Position numbers and translations under genes: made by a program. The notes beneath the pieces were generated by a model that saw only the letters and a program-made list of their open reading frames with translations, searched no databases and was not told where the DNA came from. Below, piece after piece: positions 1 through 8,530 of a DNA stretch of 64,000 nucleotides. Position 1 is the first letter of the stretch, and every line of letters begins with the position of its first letter. The DNA lies in assembly GCA_026195895.1 (NCBI GenBank), contig JAPHRO010000019.1, positions 85,354 to 149,353 of the forward strand, written 5' to 3'. This DNA is from Gammaproteobacteria bacterium. Lineage in GTDB: Bacteria > Pseudomonadota > Gammaproteobacteria > SZUA-229.

Positions 1-162
1 TTTGGCTTCATCGCACCTTCAGATGGTTCTCCAGATGTATTTGTACATTTCTCAGTTATTGAAGGCTCAGGCTTCAAAACACTGAATGAAGGTCAGGAAG
101 TAAGCTACGATACTGAACAAGGCCCTAAAGGCCTGCAGGCTACTAAGGTAGTACCTCAGTAA
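1..162 (+). CDS. Cold-shock protein, CspA family (5'-truncated by window edge)
   Basis: Frame 1 reads [53 protein letters not shown], with stop TAA at 160-162. DVFVHF is the RNP-2-like motif of cold-shock domains. A strong terminator follows. Confidence 0.85.
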   Translation, partial: FGFIAPSDGSPDVFVHFSVIEGSGFKTLNEGQEVSYDTEQGPKGLQATKVVPQ

Positions 163-186
163 GCAAGTAGTATAAAGCTTGAATGA

Positions 187-217
187 AAAGCCCTGCTTTT
201 GCAGGGCTTTTTTTTTA
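187..217 (+). terminator. Rho-independent terminator of the csp gene
   Basis: aaagccctgc-tttt-gcagggcttt forms a perfect 10-bp stem (187-210) running into a long T tract. Confidence 0.85.
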
Positions 218-293
218 TATGCTAAAGTCGACTTGCCACCCCCCCGGGGCGGTGATTTATACTGCTAGCCAGAATAATACAAACAGGATCTTA

Positions 294-1499
294 ATGGAAA
301 ACCTATTTATTGCCCGGCAGCCAATATATGACCGAGATTTAGCAGTAATAGGTTACGAGCTGCTTTATCGAAGTAGCGACAGGAATATTGCTGAATTTGA
401 TGATGGTGATCAGGCATCCTGCGCAACCATTATTAATACATTCATGCATATCGGGCTGGAAAACCTGACCGGCAGTTCACTCGCTTTTATTAATCTACCC
501 CAACAATTTATTGTTGATGAAAAACTCACACCCATGTTCAAGGAACAGAGTGTCCTTGAGGTTCTTGAAGATGTCGAACCGACGCCTGATGTAATCGAAG
601 GTTTAGCGCGACTGAAACATCAGGGTTATCCTATCGCCCTGGACGATTTTGTTTATAAACCGGAACTGATCCCGCTGATCGAATTAGCTAACTTTATCAA
701 AATTGATGTCAACGATAAAACTGAAGCTGATATTCAACAGCTGCTCAAACACCTTAAACACTATGATGTAAAAATCATTGCCGAAAAGGTTGAAACGCAG
801 GAACTTTATTCAATTTGTCAAAAATACGATTTCGATTATTTTCAGGGCTTCTTTTTCTGCCATCCCCAGATGGTCACGCAACGCCATACGCCGGCAAACA
901 AGCTGGTGGTAATGAACCTGTTGAATAAACTACAGGATGCCGAATTAGATTATGATGAATTCGAGAAAGTCCTGGCCCAGGATGTTACGCTGTCTTATAA
1001 ATTACTCCGCTATATCAACAGCGCCACTTTCTCTTTACGGCGTGAAGTGGATTCAATCAAAGATGCGGTTGTATTACTGGGACTGAATAACGTTCGCAAC
1101 TGGATCTCGCTAATCCTGATGTCAAAAGTCATCGACAGCAAACCCAATGAACTGATTGTCACCGCGATGATCCGTGGAAAAATGTGTGAATTGCTGGCAG
1201 AAAAATATAATCCCCAGATAAAACCACAAATGTTTATTATCGGCTTATTTTCTGTGCTGGACGCGTTGATGGATACTGATATGATTGATTTACTCGATAC
1301 AGTAACGCTCAGCAGCCCCATAAAAATGGCATTACTGGACAAGGCGGGTGAACATGGTGAAATTTATAAGCGGGTACTGGAATACGAACGCTCGAACTGG
1401 GATGAACTCCATAATATCGATATCAATGCCGATGAATTTATTCAGTCCTATCTGGAAGCTGTGCACTGGGCAGACGAAACCATGCAGGCACTGCGATGA
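294..1499 (+). CDS. EAL domain (c-di-GMP phosphodiesterase-type) fused to HDOD domain signalling protein
   Basis: ORF 183-1499 trimmed to ATG 294 (M38) because 183-217 is the csp terminator. EAL-domain blocks are visible: QPIYD..GYELLYR, FINL, EVLED, ALDDF, KIDV, AEKVE, FQGFFF. The C-terminal half is HDOD-like (LLRYINSA, VVLLGLNNVRNW). Confidence 0.85.
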   Translation: MENLFIARQPIYDRDLAVIGYELLYRSSDRNIAEFDDGDQASCATIINTFMHIGLENLTGSSLAFINLPQQFIVDEKLTPMFKEQSVLEVLEDVEPTPDVIEGLARLKHQGYPIALDDFVYKPELIPLIELANFIKIDVNDKTEADIQQLLKHLKHYDVKIIAEKVETQELYSICQKYDFDYFQGFFFCHPQMVTQRHTPANKLVVMNLLNKLQDAELDYDEFEKVLAQDVTLSYKLLRYINSATFSLRREVDSIKDAVVLLGLNNVRNWISLILMSKVIDSKPNELIVTAMIRGKMCELLAEKYNPQIKPQMFIIGLFSVLDALMDTDMIDLLDTVTLSSPIKMALLDKAGEHGEIYKRVLEYERSNWDELHNIDINADEFIQSYLEAVHWADETMQALR

Positions 1500-1514
1500 T
1501 AAATAAAAAGATTA

Positions 1515-2426
1515 CTAAAGATTTTCTACGGCATAGCACACGCTGAGGCAATGACTGCCTGCCGGGGCAATTTCCACAACATCATCTGCCGCATTACTCG
1601 ATTCCACACAGACCATATCCAAATAACCATTCTCACCCAGATCGCCCATTTTACTGGCTGTTTCCAGCCAGGGATTCCAGACAACTGTTGATGCACTGCC
1701 GGTTTTGCTAATTCGGATACGGCGCTGCATCGATGCATCATCGATCAGGCAATCATCCACCGATTGTAGATAAATACGATCAACTTCCTGATCAATCCTG
1801 ACGGCGCCATTTTGCGTTTTACGCTTGAAGTTATCCACCTTGTCCAGATAGTCGCATGACTCCAGCCCCTGAATACTTATCTCACGCACATCGCCAACAG
1901 CAAAATAAGTATGCAGGGCCTGCCCGATGACAAATGATTCATCACCGGTATTTTCTGTAGTCAAATCAATTTTCAGTTCTGTACCAATACGCATGCACAT
2001 TTCCAGATTGCATGGGTGCGGCCATAGTTCTCGGGTAGCCGCATTGCTTTCGATAGCAAACCTGATAAGCGTAGCACCGTCTTTCAGGCTGACGGTTTCC
2101 ACTACATTCCAGGGCACCGTTCGCGCATATCCGTGTGCAGGAAATGAAGGGCTGGATTCGTGCGGCCCAAACCAGGGCCAGCAAACGGGAATACCACCGC
2201 GAACTGATTTTCCCTGGGCAAAGCTGGCCTGTTTTGATAACCAGATAACATCTTTGTGATTGCCAGGCACCCAACTGATCAGATGTGCACCTTGCAGCAT
2301 AATTTCTGCGGTCGCCTGCTTATTTGATATTTCAACTGCAACCTGTCCGTTAGCTTTCGTCTTAAAAAGAAGCTGGCCAGGAATGGCAAACTTCGCGTTT
2401 AATGCATCAATTGCTGATTCAGTCAA
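1515..2426 (-). CDS. D-hexose-6-phosphate mutarotase (YeaD-like, aldose 1-epimerase family)
   Basis: 303 aa with GGIPVCWPWFGP and an aldose-epimerase-like layout. TTG start at 2426 is preceded by GAGGA 7 nt upstream. Confidence 0.75.
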   Translation of the reverse strand: MTESAIDALNAKFAIPGQLLFKTKANGQVAVEISNKQATAEIMLQGAHLISWVPGNHKDVIWLSKQASFAQGKSVRGGIPVCWPWFGPHESSPSFPAHGYARTVPWNVVETVSLKDGATLIRFAIESNAATRELWPHPCNLEMCMRIGTELKIDLTTENTGDESFVIGQALHTYFAVGDVREISIQGLESCDYLDKVDNFKRKTQNGAVRIDQEVDRIYLQSVDDCLIDDASMQRRIRISKTGSASTVVWNPWLETASKMGDLGENGYLDMVCVESSNAADDVVEIAPAGSHCLSVCYAVENL

Positions 2427-2441
2427 AGATATATCCTCTAA

Positions 2442-2900
2442 TTACAGATAGCGCCCACCACTGGCGACAATAATAACCAGCATTCCTAATAGAATATTTA
2501 CACCCACCAGCATGCGTATCTGGGCTAATGCCTTAGCACCTGCTGGCCAGTCTTCTGCAATAACCGCTGCTTTGAGTTTTTTATATGGCACAAAGAAAAC
2601 ATGCATAAATATCAGCATCATTACGATGCCGGCACCGTTCATAATGTGCACATATAAAGGCGTTGCCGCCATACTCTGCCAGATCGAAAAGATCATCATA
2701 TAGCCGGTGAATAACAATATAATGATAGCTAGCCAGACAACAGGGAAAAAGCGTCCGAAAACACCCACCCACAGATTAAGTCGTAAAGGTGGCTCTAACT
2801 GATCGGCTGCAATCGGTCTTAAGCAGGCATGAGCGAAAAACATACCGCCCACCCATATTACGACTGAAATAACATGCAGCAGGATATATAAGCTATTCAT
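2442..2900 (-). CDS. Small polytopic membrane protein, CopD-like (family assignment tentative)
   Basis: 152 aa with about 4 hydrophobic helices. N-terminus is LLHVISVVIWVGGMFFAHACLRP. ATG start. Lies 15 nt upstream of the mutarotase gene on the same strand. Confidence 0.4.
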   Translation of the reverse strand: MNSLYILLHVISVVIWVGGMFFAHACLRPIAADQLEPPLRLNLWVGVFGRFFPVVWLAIIILLFTGYMMIFSIWQSMAATPLYVHIMNGAGIVMMLIFMHVFFVPYKKLKAAVIAEDWPAGAKALAQIRMLVGVNILLGMLVIIVASGGRYL

Positions 2901-2930
2901 CGAATTACCCTAAGATTTTATTTGTTCTGC

Positions 2931-2945
2931 GGTGATAGTATCACC
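2931..2945. promoter_or_regulatory. Perfect 15-bp palindrome GGTGATAgTATCACC (candidate operator) beside a TATAAT hexamer
   Basis: 7-bp arms around one central base. A consensus TATAAT lies at 2951-2956, 34 nt before the bcp ATG. The site is in the divergent region between the CopD-like gene and bcp. Confidence 0.4.
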
Positions 2946-2989
2946 TGAGCTATAATCAAACCACAGATTCAGGCGAAGATCACATAACT

Positions 2990-3553
2990 ATGGCCCGCAA
3001 GCATAAGTCCCGTTTAGTCAACGCTATTTCCTTTTTATTTTCCTGGGTTTTCAGCGCCGCAAGTTTTGCCAGCACAGGTATTCAGGTGGGTGATCCGGCG
3101 CCTGAATTTAGCCTGATTGATCAGAACAATAAACAACGCGCACTGCTTGACTATCGAGGTAGCTGGCTAATCATTTATTTTTATCCAAAAGACGATACTC
3201 CCGGCTGCACTAAAGAAGCCTGTTCATTTCGCGACGATATTCATCAGATCAACCAATTAAATGCCAAACTAATTGGCATTAGCATGGATAGCCAGAGCAG
3301 TCATAAGAATTTTGCTGAAAAATTCCATTTACCCTTCCCCCTGCTAGCCGATATTGACGGCCAGGTTTCTCAACAATACGGAGCGTTGATGTCTCTGGTG
3401 TTATTTAAATTCTCCAGACGCCATAGCTTTATCGTCAATCCACAAGGCGAGATAGCTAAAATATACAGGGAAGTGGATCCTGATAATCACAGCACCGAAG
3501 TTATCAGTGATTTAACAACCTTAATTAACGCATATCATCCCAGGAGCGACTAA
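2990..3553 (+). CDS. bcp: AhpC/TSA-family peroxiredoxin (Bcp-like) with N-terminal signal-like segment
   Basis: YFYPKDDTPGCTKEACSFRD carries the peroxidatic Cys motif. The N-terminal hydrophobic stretch ending FSAASFAS suggests export. Confidence 0.8.
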   Translation: MARKHKSRLVNAISFLFSWVFSAASFASTGIQVGDPAPEFSLIDQNNKQRALLDYRGSWLIIYFYPKDDTPGCTKEACSFRDDIHQINQLNAKLIGISMDSQSSHKNFAEKFHLPFPLLADIDGQVSQQYGALMSLVLFKFSRRHSFIVNPQGEIAKIYREVDPDNHSTEVISDLTTLINAYHPRSD

Positions 3554-3909
3554 TGAACAACGACGAACTACTGGAACAACTCAACAACACACCCGAAACA
3601 ACTGATTTTGACACTATCATTCAATATATTTCTGACAATTATGTTTATACCCCAGCGCGTTTTTACAATGGTTTAAATGAAGATAAAATCACTAATGAAG
3701 CAGGTAGCAATGAAGGATCATGCAAAATATTTTCGTTAGCAAAACTGTTAAATCTTAACGAATCCCAGACGCTGAACTGCTTTGGTAAATATTATCGAGA
3801 GGATGTCCTGAAGAATTTACAGGGCTCAGATCACGCCAATATCAGAGCATTTATGAAATATGGCTGGGATGGTATCGAATTTGACGGCCAGGCGCTAACA
3901 CCAAAATAA
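3553..3909 (+). CDS. HopJ-family protein (type III effector HopJ-like domain, function unknown)
   Basis: 118 aa with blocks GSCKIF, CFGKYYREDVL, DHANIRAFMKYGW that match my recollection of the HopJ family. The ATG overlaps the bcp stop (TAATG). Confidence 0.65.
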   Translation: MNNDELLEQLNNTPETTDFDTIIQYISDNYVYTPARFYNGLNEDKITNEAGSNEGSCKIFSLAKLLNLNESQTLNCFGKYYREDVLKNLQGSDHANIRAFMKYGWDGIEFDGQALTPK

Positions 3910-3914
3910 TGACT

Positions 3915-4229
3915 TTAAAATAACCGGTAAGCATCCATGTTCACATTCAGTATTCGTTTACCTAGCATAGTGATTTCGCCATGATATCGGAATTCACCAT
4001 CACTGGTAAATTCAAACTGATATTCACGATATAAACTCATTTGCCCCATGGTATTACGTTTTAATCGAACCTTGCTAACCGCGACCGTATCGTCGAGAAA
4101 CTCGACACTGGCTTCTTTACAGGCGTCTTTCCCTGTCTGGCGAGCGATTTCTTTGGCTTTCATGCCATCAAGCCAGTACCAGATCACAGCCGCGATAAAC
4201 AAAATAATAAAAAAATCCGTTGAATACAC
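3915..4229 (-). CDS. DUF3301-family small membrane-anchored protein
   Basis: 104 aa with an N-terminal TM (FFIILFIAAVIWYWL), then FLDDTVAVSKVRLKRN...YQFEFTSDGEFRYHG, typical of DUF3301. Confidence 0.65.
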   Translation of the reverse strand: MYSTDFFIILFIAAVIWYWLDGMKAKEIARQTGKDACKEASVEFLDDTVAVSKVRLKRNTMGQMSLYREYQFEFTSDGEFRYHGEITMLGKRILNVNMDAYRLF

Positions 4230-4256
4230 TTTCTATATCCTGCTAGTGCGCCACAT

Positions 4257-4805
4257 ATGAAAATTCATCATAAATCAGATTACCTCTATACCCCACTTTT
4301 TTGTGAAGAAAATATCTGGCAGCTTGCCAACACAATGGTCAATCAGGGTACTGATCCCCGTGCCTTAAACGTTTTATTTTTATCCAGTCCAGCAAAGAAA
4401 ATTGCCATTTTTAATCAGCTAGCTGCCGAGCACGCTGAAGCTGTGATATGGGACTACCATATGATTTTACAGGCAGTCATTAATCATCAACTATACATAT
4501 TTGATTTTGATAGTCGGCTAAATTTCCCGGAACTTGAAACTGACTATTTTTTAAAAAGCTTCCCCGCTGAGCGATTTATTCCCAGAGATATGCAGGCTGT
4601 TATTCGAATCATACCCGCCGCAAGCTATCTCAGGTGTTTTTACTCCGACAGAAGCCACATGCACGGCATAATTGAGCACACTGCTTATCCTCCCTACCCT
4701 GTCATTTCACCCAAAGACGGAAATACCGCAATAAAATTAGCTGATTACTGGGATATGGAAAAGCCATTAAATGACGGTAGCTGTATAATTTTTCCTGAAA
4801 ACTAA
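4257..4805 (+). CDS. Protein N-terminal glutamine amidohydrolase (NTAQ1 / Nt_Gln_amidase)-like protein
   Basis: PLFCEENIWQL (candidate catalytic Cys) and VIWDYHMILQ (WDYHV-type His block) are the signature motifs of the NTAQ1 family. Confidence 0.55.
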   Translation: MKIHHKSDYLYTPLFCEENIWQLANTMVNQGTDPRALNVLFLSSPAKKIAIFNQLAAEHAEAVIWDYHMILQAVINHQLYIFDFDSRLNFPELETDYFLKSFPAERFIPRDMQAVIRIIPAASYLRCFYSDRSHMHGIIEHTAYPPYPVISPKDGNTAIKLADYWDMEKPLNDGSCIIFPEN

Positions 4806-4810
4806 ACAAC

Positions 4811-5770
4811 CTATTCTTCAATGCATATATTTTTTTGCGCTATGGCTACAAATGTTTTAATCAGCAGAATAAGAATAAACAGGCACAGAAGAACAAACAA
4901 AAGATAACTTATCCATAAATAGCCCGTAATTGCTGTTGCTTCATACATGAGCATGGATGCAATAGTTATCGCAGCCATCGGAAACGAGTACGCCCACCAT
5001 GAAATAAAAAATTTCAGACGCATAAATTTACTCGCCTGCGAAAACAACAACAGGAAAAAGAAAATGGCGCTAAAGTAAAGTATCCTGGCAAAACTATCTA
5101 TTTCACCGGTCAATTTATACCAGGAAATAAAGCCGACAGCAGGTGGTGCAATTAATATAAAAAAAGTAGGCACAAGTTTTTCAGGCAGCGGCTTATGAAA
5201 TATAACCCTATAAAATATTATTGATAACAAGACCGGCCAGAATAATATACCAATACTGAAAAATAGCCATGAAACCTCTTCATAGCCCAGTGGAACACCG
5301 GCAATTGGCACCAGGATATTACCCACTATGGGAATAAACCATGAGGGATTCATATGATGAATTTCAAAATGGGTATGGTTTATCCAGGAATTCATCACAT
5401 ATAAAGTAAACACCAGATGAGCACTCGCACCGACGAACCAGACTATTCGAGCGATTCCCGGATAAACATCTAACACAGCAATAGCGATCAATAACAAACT
5501 GATTGAAAAAGCCGGGAAAAAACTTAGCTTAACAGGATGATGCAGCTCTTTAACCACAGCCTCGCGATAGTTGATTATTTTCAGGCCATATATCATCGCC
5601 ACAAGGAGACATAAAGCTATTGTTAAATGGGTTATTAACTGGCCTGCTCCCGGTGTGAAATTAAAAACTGACTCGGCTTTTTTCAGTGCGATACTGAATC
5701 CCGCCATACCCATGACGATCGCAAAAAATGATATGGGAAAATTGATAATACGCGACGAAGACTGATTCAT
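4811..5770 (-). CDS. TehA/SLAC1/Mae1-family anion transporter (tellurite-resistance/dicarboxylate transporter family)
   Basis: 319 aa with about 10 TM segments. The N-terminus NFPISFFAIVMGMAGFSIAL is typical of the TehA family. Confidence 0.7.
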   Translation of the reverse strand: MNQSSSRIINFPISFFAIVMGMAGFSIALKKAESVFNFTPGAGQLITHLTIALCLLVAMIYGLKIINYREAVVKELHHPVKLSFFPAFSISLLLIAIAVLDVYPGIARIVWFVGASAHLVFTLYVMNSWINHTHFEIHHMNPSWFIPIVGNILVPIAGVPLGYEEVSWLFFSIGILFWPVLLSIIFYRVIFHKPLPEKLVPTFFILIAPPAVGFISWYKLTGEIDSFARILYFSAIFFFLLLFSQASKFMRLKFFISWWAYSFPMAAITIASMLMYEATAITGYLWISYLLFVLLCLFILILLIKTFVAIAQKNICIEE

Positions 5771-5872
5771 AACAAACCTTATAAATAGTTAGTTTTAGTA
5801 TCACTAGCCTGAAAAAATTCGTGATAATTTTAATGACTGAATATTAACATATTGAATAAACACAAACCGTTC

Positions 5873-5887
5873 AGTGACAAAATCACT
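5873..5887. promoter_or_regulatory. Palindrome AGTGAcaaaaTCACT (GTGA-N5-TCAC) upstream of the TehA-like gene
   Basis: 5-bp arms with a 5-nt spacer, the same half-site spacing as the palindrome at 2931-2945. Additional TCAC/GTGA half-sites lie at about 5801 and 5821. Confidence 0.3.
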
Positions 5888-5911
5888 CATGATCAATAAA
5901 TAATATTGTTG

Positions 5912-6901
5912 TTATTTTTCTAAAAAATACCCTGTATAAGATCTGACAATATCGCCTGCTGACTTAATCGAATCTATTCCCTGGACACTTTTCCCCGCCT
6001 GCCAGTAATCACGATTGCCCGATTTATCATGCACCGCCAGCTTTAACTGGCGTAGTGACTTGAGTAGATAGATCATTCGCATCAGATATTTCAGTTTTGA
6101 ATGTTGCAGCATTTTGCGTGCTATAAAGCCGGCATTTAAACCCAGGCGTTGTATATACGGTGTATAAATCACTGATACAGGTGTACCCGAGACACACTCC
6201 GTTAACACAATGTCGTCTTCAGTCGCGTTTACTATTGCTGTTTTATACGGCTCAGGAGAATTACATTCCGAAGTGGCTATGAACCGGGTGCCCATCTGGA
6301 CGCCGGCAAACCCTGTATCCAGCGCGGCTTTAAAGTCTTCTGGATTACCGACGCCACCGGCACATATCAGCGGCACCTCCAAATCATGCAGCTCATCAAA
6401 AAGCTGCTGCATGGATTTTGTTCCGGCATGCCCGCCGGCTCGATTATTTACCGCGATCAGGCCATCCACACCACCATCGAGGGCTTTCAACGCCCATTTA
6501 CGCTCGGTTGCATCATGATAAACAATCCCGCCAACCGCATGTACTTTTGCCACAACCCAGTCTGGTTTACCCATCGAGGTAATAAAAAACCGGATGCCCT
6601 GTTCAATCGCAACATCCACCCAGCGCTGCATTTTTTCATGATAGCGTTTTGAGCTTTTTTCAATCAGGGCATTCATGCCTATGGGCTTTGTGGTGAGTGA
6701 TCGAATATAAGCCAGTCCCTGCTTAAAATCATAGCCATGAACGTAAGTCAGGGAGATGGGCTGTACGATGCCTATACCACCCGCCTCTGATACGGCCGCA
6801 ACCAGTTCAGGATTACTACAGGGATACATAGGCCCACAGATGATGGGTGTCTGCAGTCCGAGCTGCTCAGTGAACCGGGTTTTAATCATGCCGTTACTCA
6901 T
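5912..6901 (-). CDS. Nitronate monooxygenase / FabK-like FMN oxidoreductase (NMO family)
   Basis: 329 aa. Contains PIICGPMYPCSNPELVAAVSEAGGIGIV and a GGVG...GTRF TIM-barrel FMN pattern. Confidence 0.8.
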   Translation of the reverse strand: MSNGMIKTRFTEQLGLQTPIICGPMYPCSNPELVAAVSEAGGIGIVQPISLTYVHGYDFKQGLAYIRSLTTKPIGMNALIEKSSKRYHEKMQRWVDVAIEQGIRFFITSMGKPDWVVAKVHAVGGIVYHDATERKWALKALDGGVDGLIAVNNRAGGHAGTKSMQQLFDELHDLEVPLICAGGVGNPEDFKAALDTGFAGVQMGTRFIATSECNSPEPYKTAIVNATEDDIVLTECVSGTPVSVIYTPYIQRLGLNAGFIARKMLQHSKLKYLMRMIYLLKSLRQLKLAVHDKSGNRDYWQAGKSVQGIDSIKSAGDIVRSYTGYFLEK

Positions 6902-7389
6902 GAACTGGATTCAATGGGTCCAAGACGCCAGTTGACCACCGTCCGAGCAACCACATCGCCTTCCTGGTCGCGAATGTCGGTAAACACTTCAAAATCTGTA
7001 TTTTCACTGACCTGGGATAAATCTGATCGGCTTTCGGCAACCAGTCGTCCCCGTGCTTTTTTAAAATACTCAGTGGTGATTTTAGTGGGGATGCCTCGAG
7101 TGTGAGCAGACAAGCCCCCAAGCAAAGCAAGACCACTGGTAAACTCGCCAAGATTTGCCAGTGCCAGTGCATGAATAGAATTAAGATGATTCCGTACTCG
7201 ACGACGATCAGCGAGTTCGATTAGTGCGTAACCGGGACTCAGCTCTTTTACGGAAGCACGAATTGAACCGGTGTAGGGATTATACCAGCGCAGAAACTGG
7301 TTAAATATCCAGATACCACCTGGCAATGGCCTTAGTCTATCCCAGGCCAGCCGAATCAACTCAGTCGCAGTCTTATCAAACAACGCCAC
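6898..7389 (-). CDS. Hotdog-fold thioesterase-like protein (DUF4442/PaaI-like)
   Basis: 163 aa. GTG start. Its stop overlaps the NMO start by 4 nt. Contains NHLNSIHALALANLGEFTSG, a hotdog-type block. Confidence 0.55.
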   Translation of the reverse strand: MALFDKTATELIRLAWDRLRPLPGGIWIFNQFLRWYNPYTGSIRASVKELSPGYALIELADRRRVRNHLNSIHALALANLGEFTSGLALLGGLSAHTRGIPTKITTEYFKKARGRLVAESRSDLSQVSENTDFEVFTDIRDQEGDVVARTVVNWRLGPIESSS

Positions 7390-7485
7390 AATGCCATCTC
7401 CAGCCGCCCAGTGTTTAGCTAAGTATAGACTTTAATTGATAAATTCGACCAAGACTAAACAGATCGACTTGTATATTATAGGCGC

Positions 7486-7728
7486 ATGGTTGATCAACAA
7501 GCACACGCACTACTGCCTGACCCAGCGGTTTTGTTAAAACTCGCACAATATCGCATGCCTTTTGGTAAGTATGAAAGTCGTTTATTGATTGATTTGCCAG
7601 AACCCTATGTTGTCTGGTTTGCCAATAAAGGCTTTCCAGATGGAGAACTGGGGCAAATGCTTGGCATCGTGCATGAAATCAAAATCAACGGCCTGGAATT
7701 CCTGTTTGAGCCATTGCGCAAAAAATGA
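7486..7728 (+). CDS. DUF3820-family protein
   Basis: 80 aa. MPFGKYESRLLIDLPEPYVVWFANKGFPDGELG matches the DUF3820 signature. Confidence 0.65.
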   Translation: MVDQQAHALLPDPAVLLKLAQYRMPFGKYESRLLIDLPEPYVVWFANKGFPDGELGQMLGIVHEIKINGLEFLFEPLRKK

Positions 7729-8396
7729 CAGCTCATTCATCCTCTTTCTATCTACCACCGGCTGATACTGGTCTTGAAATTCTGTACCAGGATAACTTCA
7801 TGCTGGCACTCAATAAACCTGGTGGCCTGCTGTCTGTACCGGGACGCGGTATCGAAAAACAGGACAGCCTGTCCTACCGGGCACAACAGGAATTCCCGGG
7901 CGCTCTGATAGTACATCGCCTCGATATGCCCACCTCAGGCATCATGTTAATGGCGCTGAATAAAGATATCCAGCGCAGCCTGGGCGACCTGTTTCAGGCG
8001 CGGCAACTGAATAAAAATTATATCGCCATTGTTGCCGGCAGGCCTGACCCTGTTGAGGGTGAAATCGACCTGCCGCTGATAACAGACTGGCCAAATAGAC
8101 CCAGACAAAAGGTTGATTTTGATCAGGGCAAAGCATCCCAAACACACTACCGGGTAGTAGCGTTCAATACACAGGATAATACCAGTCGAGTAGAACTGTC
8201 GCCCATCACTGGCCGCAGCCATCAATTGCGCGTTCACATGCAGTCGCTTGGGCACCCCATACTGGGCGATGAACTGTACGCGCCAGAACCCATTAGAAAA
8301 CAATCTGACCGCCTGTTACTGCATGCAGAATCTATTGAATTTACGCATCCTGTTACCGGCAGCCAGACCCATATAAGCAGTACACCGAGTTTCTAA
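7725..8396 (+). CDS. RluA-family pseudouridine synthase
   Basis: Contains HRLDMPTSGIMLMA (catalytic Asp motif) and SHQLRVH. The start overlaps the DUF3820 stop (ATGA). Confidence 0.85.
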   Translation: MTAHSSSFYLPPADTGLEILYQDNFMLALNKPGGLLSVPGRGIEKQDSLSYRAQQEFPGALIVHRLDMPTSGIMLMALNKDIQRSLGDLFQARQLNKNYIAIVAGRPDPVEGEIDLPLITDWPNRPRQKVDFDQGKASQTHYRVVAFNTQDNTSRVELSPITGRSHQLRVHMQSLGHPILGDELYAPEPIRKQSDRLLLHAESIEFTHPVTGSQTHISSTPSF

Positions 8397-8530
8397 TGCA
8401 GCATTTATTAATGCATATCATAAACCTGACTGAATCCTGATAAACAAGTGAACAGATACGATTTATAATATTGCTGCGAATATTGAAACCCAGATGCCCC
8501 GCCAATCCTAAAGATAGAAGAGAATAAGCT

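Noticed and set aside
183-293. N-terminal extension of the EAL-HDOD ORF (MKSPAFAGLFFYML...).
   Set aside because: It would be translated from the stem and T-tract of the csp terminator (187-217). Conserved EAL sequence begins right after the ATG at 294.
3553-3909. The HopJ-like gene as evidence for a type III secretion effector or pathogenicity island.
   Set aside because: No T3SS, chaperone or mobility genes lie nearby. The gene is translationally coupled to a peroxiredoxin in an otherwise ordinary context. The family name is historical.
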